DNA from: Prasinococcaceae sp. CCMP 1430
Lineage: Eukaryota; Plantae; Prasinodermophyta
Direction: 5' to 3'
DNA: 64,000 nt
Assembly (NCBI GenBank): GCA_013416795.1
Contig: RQSC01000014.1
Span: forward strand, 514,339 to 578,338
Part shown: positions 32,121 through 42,600 of the stretch, in pieces
Layout: every line of letters starts with the position of its first letter
Position numbering within the stretch: position 1 is the stretch's first letter
Notes under the pieces: model-generated
Told to the model about the DNA's origin: nothing
Databases searched by the model: none
The model's input: the letters and a program-made list of their open reading frames with translations, nothing else
Position numbers and translations under genes: made by a program

Positions 32121-33083
32121 ATGGTCGGTACTGTCGCAGAGGTAACCTCGCTGACCATCTACCCGGTCAAGTCGTGCGGGGGCGTGGACGTGTCGCCGCT
32201 TGCGGAGCGCTGGCCAGTCGACACCGAGGGGCTGCGCCACGATCGCGAATGGGTCGTCGTCGACGCAGACACGGGGCGCTTCGCTTCGCAGCGCGCGACG
32301 CCGCGCATGGCGACAGTCCGCTGCTCGCTTGATTTGACGGTCGGCGAGCTCGTGCTGTCATCTGCGGCGTGCGGCGGCGCGTTGCGCGTGCCGCTCGCGG
32401 CGCCGGCTCAGACCGCGCTCTCGCCGCGGGACGTGCGCGTGTGGGAGTTCAAAGGACAGGCGCACGATGAAGGCGATCCTGCTGCGGAATGGATGACGCG
32501 CGCGCTTGCACAGGATGATGGCGATGGCGGAGGGGGCAGGGCTTTTCGCCTCGTGCGCTTCGACGCGCGTCTCAGCTCTCGTCCACTGGACGCGGACTTC
32601 GTCGGCCCGGATTTTGAAGGCGGCACTCGCTTCTCAGACGGCTACCCCATGCTCATAGCGTCGCACGAGAGCCTCGGCGCGCTCAACGAGGCCCTCACCG
32701 CGAAGGGAGAGACTGCCGTGCCGCTCGAGCGCTTCCGCGCGAACATCGTCGTGCGAGGCGCCGCCGGTAAAGCGCTCGCGCCGTATGAGGAGGACACGTG
32801 GCTCAAATTCCGTTGCGGCGGCATCGACCTCGCGATGGTGAAGCCGTGTGCGCGGTGCACCATGCCGTCTGTGGACCAACAAACTGGCCACAAGCCGAGC
32901 CCGAGTGAGCCTCTTCGCACTTTGACAGACACCCGCAAGGGATCCGATCTGGGCTACACCCGCAAGAAGATGAGCGGGGGCGCGTACTTTGGTGCCAACG
33001 TTGTGGCCTTGCCTGGTGTGACCTCGGCGTCACTGGGGGTCGGCGACGCCATCCAGGTGATTGAAGCAGGGGCCTGGGAGTGA
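32121..33083 (+). CDS. MOSC-domain protein (mARC/YcbX-like), 320 aa
   Basis: LTIYPVKSCGG, HDREWVVV, FSDGYPMLIAS, ERFRANIVV, KPCARC, YFGANV. Confidence 0.93.
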   Translation: MVGTVAEVTSLTIYPVKSCGGVDVSPLAERWPVDTEGLRHDREWVVVDADTGRFASQRATPRMATVRCSLDLTVGELVLSSAACGGALRVPLAAPAQTALSPRDVRVWEFKGQAHDEGDPAAEWMTRALAQDDGDGGGGRAFRLVRFDARLSSRPLDADFVGPDFEGGTRFSDGYPMLIASHESLGALNEALTAKGETAVPLERFRANIVVRGAAGKALAPYEEDTWLKFRCGGIDLAMVKPCARCTMPSVDQQTGHKPSPSEPLRTLTDTRKGSDLGYTRKKMSGGAYFGANVVALPGVTSASLGVGDAIQVIEAGAWE

Positions 33084-33146
33084 CATGTATGTACATACAG
33101 TACAGTGTAGCATATTGAGAGTAAGGCTTCTACACCGCCAATTGCT

Positions 33147-33151
33147 TTACA
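33147..33151 (-). terminator. TGTAA polyadenylation signal of the sulfotransferase gene
   Basis: TTACA on the plus strand, 22 nt beyond the minus-strand stop codon. Confidence 0.5.
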
Positions 33152-33173
33152 CATTGCTGTACTACTTTTCGTC

Positions 33174-34898
33174 CTAAAGCACGGGTCTGGCGCCGGGCTC
33201 GAGCGCCGGCGACACGAGGGGCGGCTCGCAGAAGTAGCTCGGGTAGAGCTCCTGGCTGATCCACTCGTACAGCATGAGGTCGTACATGTTGTCGGCCTCG
33301 AGCACAGCGCGCAGCTCCGGGACCTTCAATATCTGCAGCTCAAGGACGCTCTCGTGGTGTCCAGGCGGTAGCATGAAGTCTGGGTGCATGGACGCGCCGG
33401 CATTGCCGCCCAGCAGTGCGAACGCCCGCTTGGCGTCGCACCCGAGGCGCTCGAGTGGAACGATTGCGTTGAAGGATGCCGCGGCCTGTCGCGCTAGCAC
33501 AAAGTCTTCGTACGTCACCCTCCGATGGAAGTTGATCCCACATCCAGCTATACCGTAGTTGTTGAGGAGGAGCGGATTGCCTCTCGCTTTCGACAAGTAG
33601 CCCATCGGGCAGGAGCAATTCTGCGAGAGCAGCCGCACGAGATAGTTGTCAATGTAGCAATTCGCGTCAATCCTTCCACCCCCCTTGGTTTTTGCGTGCT
33701 GGCCAGCAGCAGTGAGGTCTTTGTCTCGCATGCGACTGCATGCCTTGCTCTTGCTCCAGGTGTTGTCCATCCACGAGCGCAGATCTCGCACGGCCGCCTC
33801 GAGCTGCTCGTCGCTGACGCGCTCTGGCGGTCTCGGGCTAATCTTGCCACCCCGTAGGTACTCCCGTATGCCGCCCTTGCCCGTGCAAGGGCGACCCTTG
33901 GGGCACGGCCCGCCCAGCGGGGGCGGTTCGTCCGCGAAGAGCTGCCACAAGCTGTTCAGGCCGTCGAAGACGCTGCTCCAAGACATCTCGCTTTGCCAGC
34001 GATGCAGTGGGTGTCGCACGATCGTCACGAAGCTCGACCGGCGCGCCACCGCCTCGTCATGCATGCACATTACGGGGGCCGCGAGGTACTCCTCGACCAT
34101 CGTGAGGGCTGAAGTGTTCGCGAGCAGCGACTGCGACCGGTTACAGTATGCCTGCCGCTTCAATGGTAGCTCCTCCCGGTCTGTGCGAAAGCCATAATCG
34201 TGGCCTCTCGTTGGCACGCCAATGCACCCCTTCACGAGGTCCCCGCCTGCCTTGCGCTCATGCATCCAATATATGAGTGGCCGCTCGGCCAAGCGATGAT
34301 TCCCATCGGCAGCATCGGCGGCGCGCACCGCCGCTGCGCCGGTGGCCTTGTCACGCGCAGCGCTCGGCCATCCGCTCACCTCTGCCGACAGCAGCGCACC
34401 TCTGCGGCGCGTAGAGCACTCGTAGCGCCGAGGCTCGCGCGACACCCCGAGCAAGGCCTCTTCATCGCGACCCCACGAATCGCCTCCGTCCTCCGCTCTC
34501 GCGGCCAGGTAGTTGCGTCGAGCATGCATGGAGGTGAGGGCGCTTAGCATTGCGGAGCAGTCACCCTCCTCTGGCCACCAGGCGCTTGGTGCATCACTCG
34601 CCGCGCTCCTTGTGACGTCATCTGCAGAGCCTGCCTCCACGTCTACGATTTCTCTCGCGAGACCCTGCGGCCGCAGTGACATGCCAGACTCTTGGGAAGA
34701 CAGCTTGTCCTCGAGGCGCCCCTCAAGCTCCCGCAGGACCCCACGCGTAGCGTGCGCGCCGTCTAGAGCCATAACCGGCGGAGACATCAGCACGAGCGCT
34801 GCAACCACCGCGAGCAGCGCCTCCACGCGGAAGCGGCGCCGGGGTGCGGCGGCGGCCGAGCTGGGCGGCGCGGAAGCGCGGCGTCCGGCCGCGCCCAT
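33174..34898 (-). CDS. Type II membrane (Golgi-type) sulfotransferase-like protein; alternative start 34928
   Basis: N-terminal TM (VEALLAVVAALVLM); 5'-PSB-like WMHERKAGG; 3'-PB-like VTIVRHPLHRWQS; C-terminal NMYDLMLY. Confidence 0.7.
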   Translation of the reverse strand: MGAAGRRASAPPSSAAAAPRRRFRVEALLAVVAALVLMSPPVMALDGAHATRGVLRELEGRLEDKLSSQESGMSLRPQGLAREIVDVEAGSADDVTRSAASDAPSAWWPEEGDCSAMLSALTSMHARRNYLAARAEDGGDSWGRDEEALLGVSREPRRYECSTRRRGALLSAEVSGWPSAARDKATGAAAVRAADAADGNHRLAERPLIYWMHERKAGGDLVKGCIGVPTRGHDYGFRTDREELPLKRQAYCNRSQSLLANTSALTMVEEYLAAPVMCMHDEAVARRSSFVTIVRHPLHRWQSEMSWSSVFDGLNSLWQLFADEPPPLGGPCPKGRPCTGKGGIREYLRGGKISPRPPERVSDEQLEAAVRDLRSWMDNTWSKSKACSRMRDKDLTAAGQHAKTKGGGRIDANCYIDNYLVRLLSQNCSCPMGYLSKARGNPLLLNNYGIAGCGINFHRRVTYEDFVLARQAAASFNAIVPLERLGCDAKRAFALLGGNAGASMHPDFMLPPGHHESVLELQILKVPELRAVLEADNMYDLMLYEWISQELYPSYFCEPPLVSPALEPGARPVL

Positions 34899-35040
34899 CT
34901 CACGTGCACGTCCTGCACACCCCATCATCCGCGTAAGCGCGGCGCGAGCGCGCTGCATCTGGGAGGCCCTCTATCCTCCCACCCCGCCGCCTCCAGCCTT
35001 CCCATACATCCTCGTTACCAGCTAAGCTTCGCCGAGAGGC

Positions 35041-37936
35041 ATGGACATGGACGCCGCCGATGCGATGCCGGCCGCCGAGGCGCCAGAGGAGGCCCCGCAC
35101 GGGCGCAGCGACTCGGCAGCGGGCTCGCGCGGTGGCAAGAAGTGGAAGGCCAAATTCGCACGCGGGCTCGAGGTGAGGGACTCGCCGGTGCCCTGGCGCG
35201 CGCGTCTTAGCGGGAGTGGAGGGAAGCCGTGCCGGTTCTCCTCCCCCACTGCCACCCGCTCCTCCGCCCACACGCGCGCACCCTCCCATCTCCCCTTTGG
35301 CGCGCGTGCGCCACCCCGCCCCCATCTGACGAGCGAGTTCGCATGGGCGCGCACGCGCACTTCGCACACAGGCCGTCAAGGGCGTGGCGAGCCAAGTTCG
35401 GTCTTTCGTCGAGGAGCGGGAGATGCTGCGCGCGTCGTCGGGCGAGCAGCTGCGCGATCTGCGCAAGCAAGTCGACGGAGCTGACGGCGCAAAGGGCGCG
35501 CGGGGTAGCGGCGGCTCGGCGGGCCGCTATGCCGACCTCCCCCCAGCGGTAGCTTCGCTCGCGCGCGAGCGCGACGAGCTGCGGGCAGAGGTGGCGCGCC
35601 TGGAGGACGAGCTGGCGGTTGCGTCGGCCAGCGCCTCGCGCGCCGACGCGCAACAGCGACTCATCGTCGAAGGCGCGGAGAGCGCCGCGGCCGATGTGGA
35701 GGCTCTCAAGCGTTCGACAGAGGCGGACCTCGACTCCTTGCGCGAAGAGCTCAAGGAGGCGCGCTCTGACGCCGAGGCTGCCGGGGAACGGTTGAAGGCC
35801 TCGAACAGCGCCGCAGGCACCCTCAGGGCCGAAGCGGAGGACGTGAGGGTGCGTCTAGAGGGGGCCCAGGTCGAGACTGACGGTCTCAGGGCGAGACTGG
35901 ACGGCCTCAAGTCAGAGCTGGAGGCGTCGAAACGGGAGGCGGACGAGCTGCGGAGCGAGACTGAAGCCAAACGCACCGAGGCGACGGGCCTGCGAGCCGA
36001 GCTGGAAGCGGCGCGCTCCGAGGGCGGCGCGAACGCCGAAGCTGCGCAGCGTGACCTCGACAGCCTCAGAGCGCAGCTGCAAACGTTGACGGGGGAAGCC
36101 GAGGGCCTCAGCGCCAAGCTTGCCGCCTCCAAAAGTGAGGCGGACGGTCTGAGAGCCGAGGTTGAGCAGCTCAGGGCACAGCTGGCGTCCTCGAACTCAC
36201 AGTCGGACTTCCTCAAAGAAGAGGCCCATGGTCTCCGATCGGAGCTGCAAGCCGCGAAGGAGGAGGTCAAAGGTCTCGGCATGGAACTGCAAGCCTCGAA
36301 GGATGCCGAGGACGGCCTGAGGTCGGAGGTCGCGTCAGCGCGTGAGGAAGGTGCAGCGGCGGTGGCATCGACCGAGGCAGCGGCGCGCGAGGCGGCCGCT
36401 CAGGCCGAGGCCAAGCACGACGCGGCGCTTGCCGATGCCGCCGCGTCGGCTGCAGCGGCGGCGGCGGCAGCGGCAGAGGCGCACGCAGCAGCGCTGCGCG
36501 TCTCGCGCGAGGAAACCCAGGCAGCCCTGGCCACGGCAGAGGAGCTGCGCGCCACGCTGTCATCCATCGAGGCGGATCACAAAGCGCAGATGGAGGCCAA
36601 GGTGACAGCCCTTCGAGAGGCCGCCGCGGTCGAGCTCGCTCGCGCGCTCGACGACGCAGAGGCGCGCGCGAAGGCGGAGCGAGAGACAATAATTGTGAAA
36701 TACAAGGCCGAGGTCAAGCAGCGGAAGAAGCTCTACAACGAGCTTGCGGATCTCAAAGGCAACATCCGCGTTTACGCGCGCGTGCGCCCGCTGAATCAGC
36801 GCGAGGTCAAGCTGGGCTCGCCGCAGGTGACGTCCTTCCCTGCGGGCGACGACGGCAGCCCGGATGACACGCTGATCCTCCGCACGCCCGACCGAAGTGG
36901 CGGCTCGCGCGAGAAGGTGTTCGAGTTTGACCGCGTGTACGGGCCCGACAGCACCCAGGAAGACGTCTTCAAGGACACCGAACCGGTCGTCACAGCCGTC
37001 CTTGACGGATATAACGTCTGCGTGTTCGCGTACGGTCAGACAGGCAGCGGCAAAACGTATACAATGGAGGGCCCAGCCGAAGACCCCGGCGTCAACACGC
37101 GCGCGCTGCGGCAGCTCTTCAGGGTCGCCGAGGACAAAGGCGACGAGTGCGAGCTCACCGTGCATGCCAGCTGCATCGAGGTCTACTGCGAAAACATCCG
37201 TGACTTGCTCGCCAAGAAGCCCAGCGAGTCCAACCTCGAGGTTAAGATCGACGGCAAGAAGGGGACGTACGTGCCGAACCTGATTGAGGAGGAGGTCAAG
37301 TGCGTCGAGGATGTGCACAAGCTTGTGGCCCGCGCCAAGAGGGGGCGCTCGACGTACGCTACCAACATGAACGAGCATTCGAGCCGCTCCCACTCGATGC
37401 TGAGCGTGAGGGTCTCCACAAAGAGCCGCTGGACAGGCGCGTCCACACGTGGCGTGCTGCACTTGGTTGACTTGGCCGGTTCTGAGCGCGTGGGCAAGAG
37501 CGAGGCCACGGGCCAGCGGCTCAAGGAAGCACAGGCTATCAACAAGTCCCTCTCAGCGCTTGGCGACGTCATCGCCGCGCTGGCGACGTCCGAGAAGCAC
37601 GTGCCCTTTCGCAACTCGAAGCTTACGTACTACCTGCAGAACGCTCTCGGAGGCAACTCCAAAGTGCTCATGTTTTGCCAGGCCTCACCAGCGGAGGACA
37701 ACGCCAGCGAGACGAGCTGCTCGCTGCTCTTCGCCACGCGCGCTCGCGGCGTTGCACTCGGGAAGGCCACCGCGAACAAGAGCGGTGGCGGCGCCAAGAA
37801 GGGCGCGCCTGCTAAGTCGGCCAAGCACAAGACCGCGGCGCCCATCAGTGTCGCCGCGCTCGACAGCGCCAGCGTGGACGACTCCGCGGACGTCGAGGAA
37901 AAGGCCGACAAGCTCGCCGGCGAGGACGACATGTGA
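35041..37936 (+). CDS. Kinesin-14 (C-terminal motor, KIFC3-like); exons 35041-35172 and 35372-37936
   Basis: Long coiled coil, then KGNIRVYARVRP, FEFDRV, AYGQTGSGKTYTM, NEHSSRSH, LVDLAGSER, INKSLSAL, HVPFRNSKLT. The GT-AG intron joins in frame. Confidence 0.95.
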
Positions 37937-38145
37937 GCGGTCAGTCGGTCGGGCCCGACTGAGAGGGTCGCCGTTCGCCGAGCGGGTGTGCTCTTTGACA
38001 GCGGCGGGGAGAGCCACAAGCGGGCGCGCAGTTGGATGGCGACGCGGTGCGCAGGTCTTCGCATGCTCGTAGGTGGAACCGAGAGATGTTCCCGCGCGTG
38101 TACGCGCTGAACCGCCCCGCTGTATTACTCTTTCTGCGGTGCCCC

Positions 38146-39200
38146 TCAGGCGCTGCCTCCCGCGCCGCCGTCCATCTTCCAGCAGTCGCGGCGCGCGCGC
38201 ACGCGGTGCTATTTGTCAGCGGCAGCATCTCACAGGAAGCAAACGCGTGGCGCACGCGTTTTGTCCACCAGCACAAATGCAGGCGCAGGCGCGAATACGG
38301 CGAGGCGAATGCGATCCCCTCGCACACGGCGCCCACTCCCACCTTTGCCCTCGCCTTGGCGAAAAGCTCCTGCTGCAGACGCATCGCCTCCTCCTCGGTC
38401 ATCTCGCCAGCGCCCGCCTGCTTTCGCTTTCGCTTCGTCGCCAAGCGGTCCTCCACCGACTCACGCGTCGCCGCATCGAGCGCCTTCACCGGTTCGATGA
38501 GCGAGCTGAGCCCGAGCTCTTCCAGCGCCTCGAGCACGTGGGCAGGTGATATCTTGCCGGCGCCCTTGCCCTGGCACGCGCGCACATTCGCGCGCGCCCG
38601 CGCGCACGGCGAGGCGGGGTCAGCGTGGGCACTCGCACACACGCTCGGAACGCACGCCCAACAGACACATCCTCACGGTACCCCATCCCTACCGCTTTCC
38701 CCGCCGTAGCACGCGCACCTTCTTCTGCGCCTCGCAGAGCTCGTTGGCCTGTGCAGTGAGCAGCGCAACGAACTCGCCGCACACAGCGATGAGCGCATCC
38801 TTGGCGTCACCAGCGACACGCACGCCGCCGCCGAGGTTCTCCTTGAGGACCTTCTCCAGGGACGCTGCACGTATGCAGAGGCGCACACACGCGATAGAAA
38901 GAGTGAAGGAGGGAGGAAAGAGACGAGGGACGGCGAGCGCGAAGTAGAAGCGATGGGATGCAGAGCACAGCAGCGCAGAGCACAGCAATGCATCAGTACA
39001 CGGCGGTGGCACAGCGCTTGACGCGTGCACCGGGCACCGGAAGTAGCTCCGTGGCGCGCCCCGCGCGCCCCCGCCTCCCCTTCTCGCCCATGCCCCATCG
39101 AGCTCTCGACCCTCATGACTCCCCGGGCCCTCATCCCACCCTACGCACCCTTTGGGATGTTGACGTCGTCTGCGAGCCTGCCGTACTCGCCGTCGGCCAT
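38146..39200 (-). CDS. DR1: DR1 / NC2-beta histone-fold TBP repressor; exons 39200-39149, 38864-38719, 38570-38343, 38175-38146
   Basis: The spliced product DDVNIPKASLEKVLKE...RVAGDAKD...EFVALLTAQANELCE...KISPAHVLEALEELG...EMTEEEAMRLQQELFAKARAKM matches DR1; all three introns keep frame. Confidence 0.92.
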
Positions 39201-39659
39201 CCTGCGCCTCGGGGGCACGAGCGTGTGAGCGAGCGCCCGCACGCGCGCGCGCGCGCGCGCCTGTGGCCGCTGCGCCTGCTGCTGCTGCTGCTGCGCGCGC
39301 GCTGGCAGCGCCTCTGGCGTCCGCAGCGAAACGGCCGAGGCCACCTCAGCGCCCCCCAACCGCCTCCTTGCCACTTTGGGTCAAGCTAACATACAGCGTA
39401 CTGCAGTACTGTAGGTCAAAATCAAAAGAAATTCGACAGGTGCATTCCTTTTGACCTCTGGCGCTGCTGGGACGTGCCTCGCGCCGCGGCGCCCGCACGC
39501 GCGGGCAGCGCCCCTGCACCAGGTCGGGCAAGAGGCGGAGGGGGCGTCACTCCCGCGCGGCGCTGCGCCTTGGGCCTTTCAGCGACTGACCCCCCCCTGC
39601 GCCGAGGCGCGGGGGGGCGGTTGGTCCCGCTCCCGCCCCTCCGGCGTCGCGCGCGCACC

Positions 39660-42600
39660 ATGATGACTCGGCGGGGCTCCGTCGCCAACGCGGCGACGCT
39701 CAAGCACCTCGTTGGCGCCGACGGTCTCGACGACGACGGCGATGATGAGGAAGGCCAGGGCGGGGTCGCGAGGTCGCAGCGGCGCCGCGGCTCGGTTGGC
39801 GGTGTTGCGGACTTCAGCGGCGGCGGTGGCCCCTCTTCGTGGCGTCGTCGGCGCGACTTCCAGTACGACGTAATCGCCAGCCTCGGCTGCGCCAACGCCA
39901 GGCTCATACCGTTAAAAAAGGAGGTGCTCGTGATGCACACAACGCATGAGAACCACCGCCTTGCCGAGGCAGCAGATTCGTTGCGGCGGGTGGTCGCAGG
40001 ATTGCGTGCGCAGGGGTACTCGCGCCGCGACGTCACCATTCAGGAGTGGCGCAGGAGGCGCGACCAGCACACCAGGGCTCTACGCGCGGCGCCGTGCGTC
40101 GTCCTCAACGCGATCGATAAGGCGCCTGCGGACTACTACATGTGGCTGCGCGAGCTACGCGGGTTCGGCTGCCTGCTGATACAGGTTCCCGGTAACGCCG
40201 TGCGCACGAAGCGCGATGAGGCCGACGAGATCAGGGATGAGGCGCTCGCGCTGCGCGAGCTGGGCTTCGAGGTCGCTGGCCCGGCCATGGCCGCGCCTGG
40301 CACGCGTGCCTCGTCGGGAGGGCGCGCACGCTCGCTCAGCCTTTCAAGGAGCGCTTCTGCACTGCTCTCGTCCCCGTCGGCTCGGACGCGCGACGACGTC
40401 AACCAGGCCGCGGGGTGCGCGGACTACCATATCTCCTCCGCTGATGCACTGCCTGAGCCCGAGTCGCTGCCAGACAAACTGGTGGCCCCATACTCGACCA
40501 ACTTGGCAGAGTGTGCACCAGTACGCGAGGACGGCGTTGTAGAGGTGTACATATATGTGTCTGCCACCGGCGCTCACGTGGCTGAACGCGCTGTGCTTCA
40601 CTCAAAGGTGCTGCCACGTCTCGCTGAGCGATTCATGGAGCGTCACGTGCGGTTGGTAATTGTCGACCCAGTAGAGACGCACAAAGGCGCTACAGACGCT
40701 ACAATTTTGCAGGCCGCATCCGACTGCTCCGCTAGCATCATGCTCACGCTGCTCGACACTGCATCGGCGCCAGAGGACTCAGGACTGAAGGCGCTGAAGT
40801 CGGACGCCTTCGAGCCCGTGCTTGGCGCCACGCAGGCCTCGCCAGATCTCGAGTGGATAGACGCACTGAGCGAAGGGCTATCGCGGCAGGAATATGAGCT
40901 CATGCAGGCCACAGGGGTTCATTCTGAGAAGCCGCAGACGCGCTTCCTGGATGGGTACCACCTAGGCGGCACGCATGTGCTGGCCTACCGACGCGATCCT
41001 GAGAGTATCGCGGGCGTGCCGATGGAACATCGAGCACACTTCGTTGGCGGCGACGAGGCCCGCTCGCGCCAACGCGCAGCCTCGCTACTGTCGACCCTCT
41101 ACGCATGCCCCTTCGTTCAGATCAGGACGTACAAGTGCGTTTTCGGCGGCGTGCGCGCGCGCGGGCGCGGGGCACCCGTGCCCTACATGAGCGGGCTCGA
41201 GGACTTTGAGCGCATGGTCGAGCATGACCTCTACGTGCGCATCAAGCATGAGCTCTTCAGCAACAATCAGATTGACGCGCGCGTGCACTGGCATCGTCCC
41301 GAAGAAATCATACAGGTGAGGCGATGTGAGCTAACTCGCACGACGCCTGTGGCAAGTGTATGGCTGGCACGCTGACAGTATCTGCGCGCACACGCACGCT
41401 CGCTCTCTTTGCGCTCACGCGCACGCTCGCTCTCTTCGCGCTCACGTGCACGCTCGCTCTCTCGCGCACTCTCGCTCCGTCAGTGGCGCATGAGGGACTC
41501 GCTTCAAGTGTACATGGCGAGTGCCGAGGCAGAGAAGATGTTGCTTCGAGCAGTGAAGCTCGGCCGGCCGGCGGTGATTGCTATGGGCGCACGCGCTGGA
41601 AGTGGCTGCACACAGGCTCTGACGCGCGTAGTGCGCGAGACACGGCGATTATATGGCCGGGAGCTGGGCGTATGTGCGTGCTGGGGCGGTGGATTTGGAG
41701 GCTCGGGCGTGGGACTGTCGGCTGCCGCCGCATTGCGTTGCGTCATACGTCAGGTGATTGACGAATGTTCTCCACACCTCGACGACTTCCTGCTTGCGTC
41801 CGACGCAGACGGCCTCATGCGCAACCTGGTGGAAGTGCTCGCCGAGGGCTCCGCACGCGCGCGGAAGCGCATTGTGGTGGTGTTTGACGGAATCGATGCC
41901 CTCGATGGCTCCGACCGCCCTTGGCTTCCGAAAGAGGTCGACATGCCAGAGAACACGCAATTAATGTTCTCCTTCGCGGAACAAGTGAAGACCGCCGGCG
42001 CTGGTGGCTCGATGCTCGGCGCCGTGAGTTCTGCCGCAATACTCGCAGGGGGGATCAAGGCACTGCAAGGGAGCGCGTCCAACGCGGGCGAGAGCGCCGG
42101 GGGTGGGCGAAGCAGCGCCGGTGGCAGGTTCAAACTTGCGGTGGCGAAGACGGTGCTGAATTCGAAGCTGCAGGGCGCGCGCGATGCCAGGATGAACGAC
42201 CCGCTGAGGGTGCCGCACCACAGTTTCGGGGGGCAGCAGGCGCAGGCGGCACTGCGGCGGCGCATCGCCCTGACGGACTTTCTCCCTCGCTGGATGCCTG
42301 GTCCTATGGCGCAGGTACTGCGATTACGTCCCATGGGCATCAAGGACCGCAAACTGTTGCTTCTCAAGCTCGCGCGCGGCTGCTACAAGGAGCCGAGCTC
42401 GACGCTTCTCGATGGTGTCCTGTCAAGGCCTGCCGGGGCCATGCCCCTCTTTGTGCAGCTCATGCACGCGCATCTCCTGCGCGAAAACTTGTACGACAGT
42501 AGCGCCCTTGCAGCGGCAGCGGCGGCCGTGGATGCGCGCGCGCGCGGCAGGTCGACCATGCAGTCAGCCGCCGCCCAGTTCCAGGCCAGAGTAGACGCGC

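Noticed and set aside
35820-36330. Repetitive E(A)DGLR(A/S)E units in the kinesin stalk
   Set aside because: Spacings are multiples of 21 nt, which is ordinary heptad coiled-coil periodicity.
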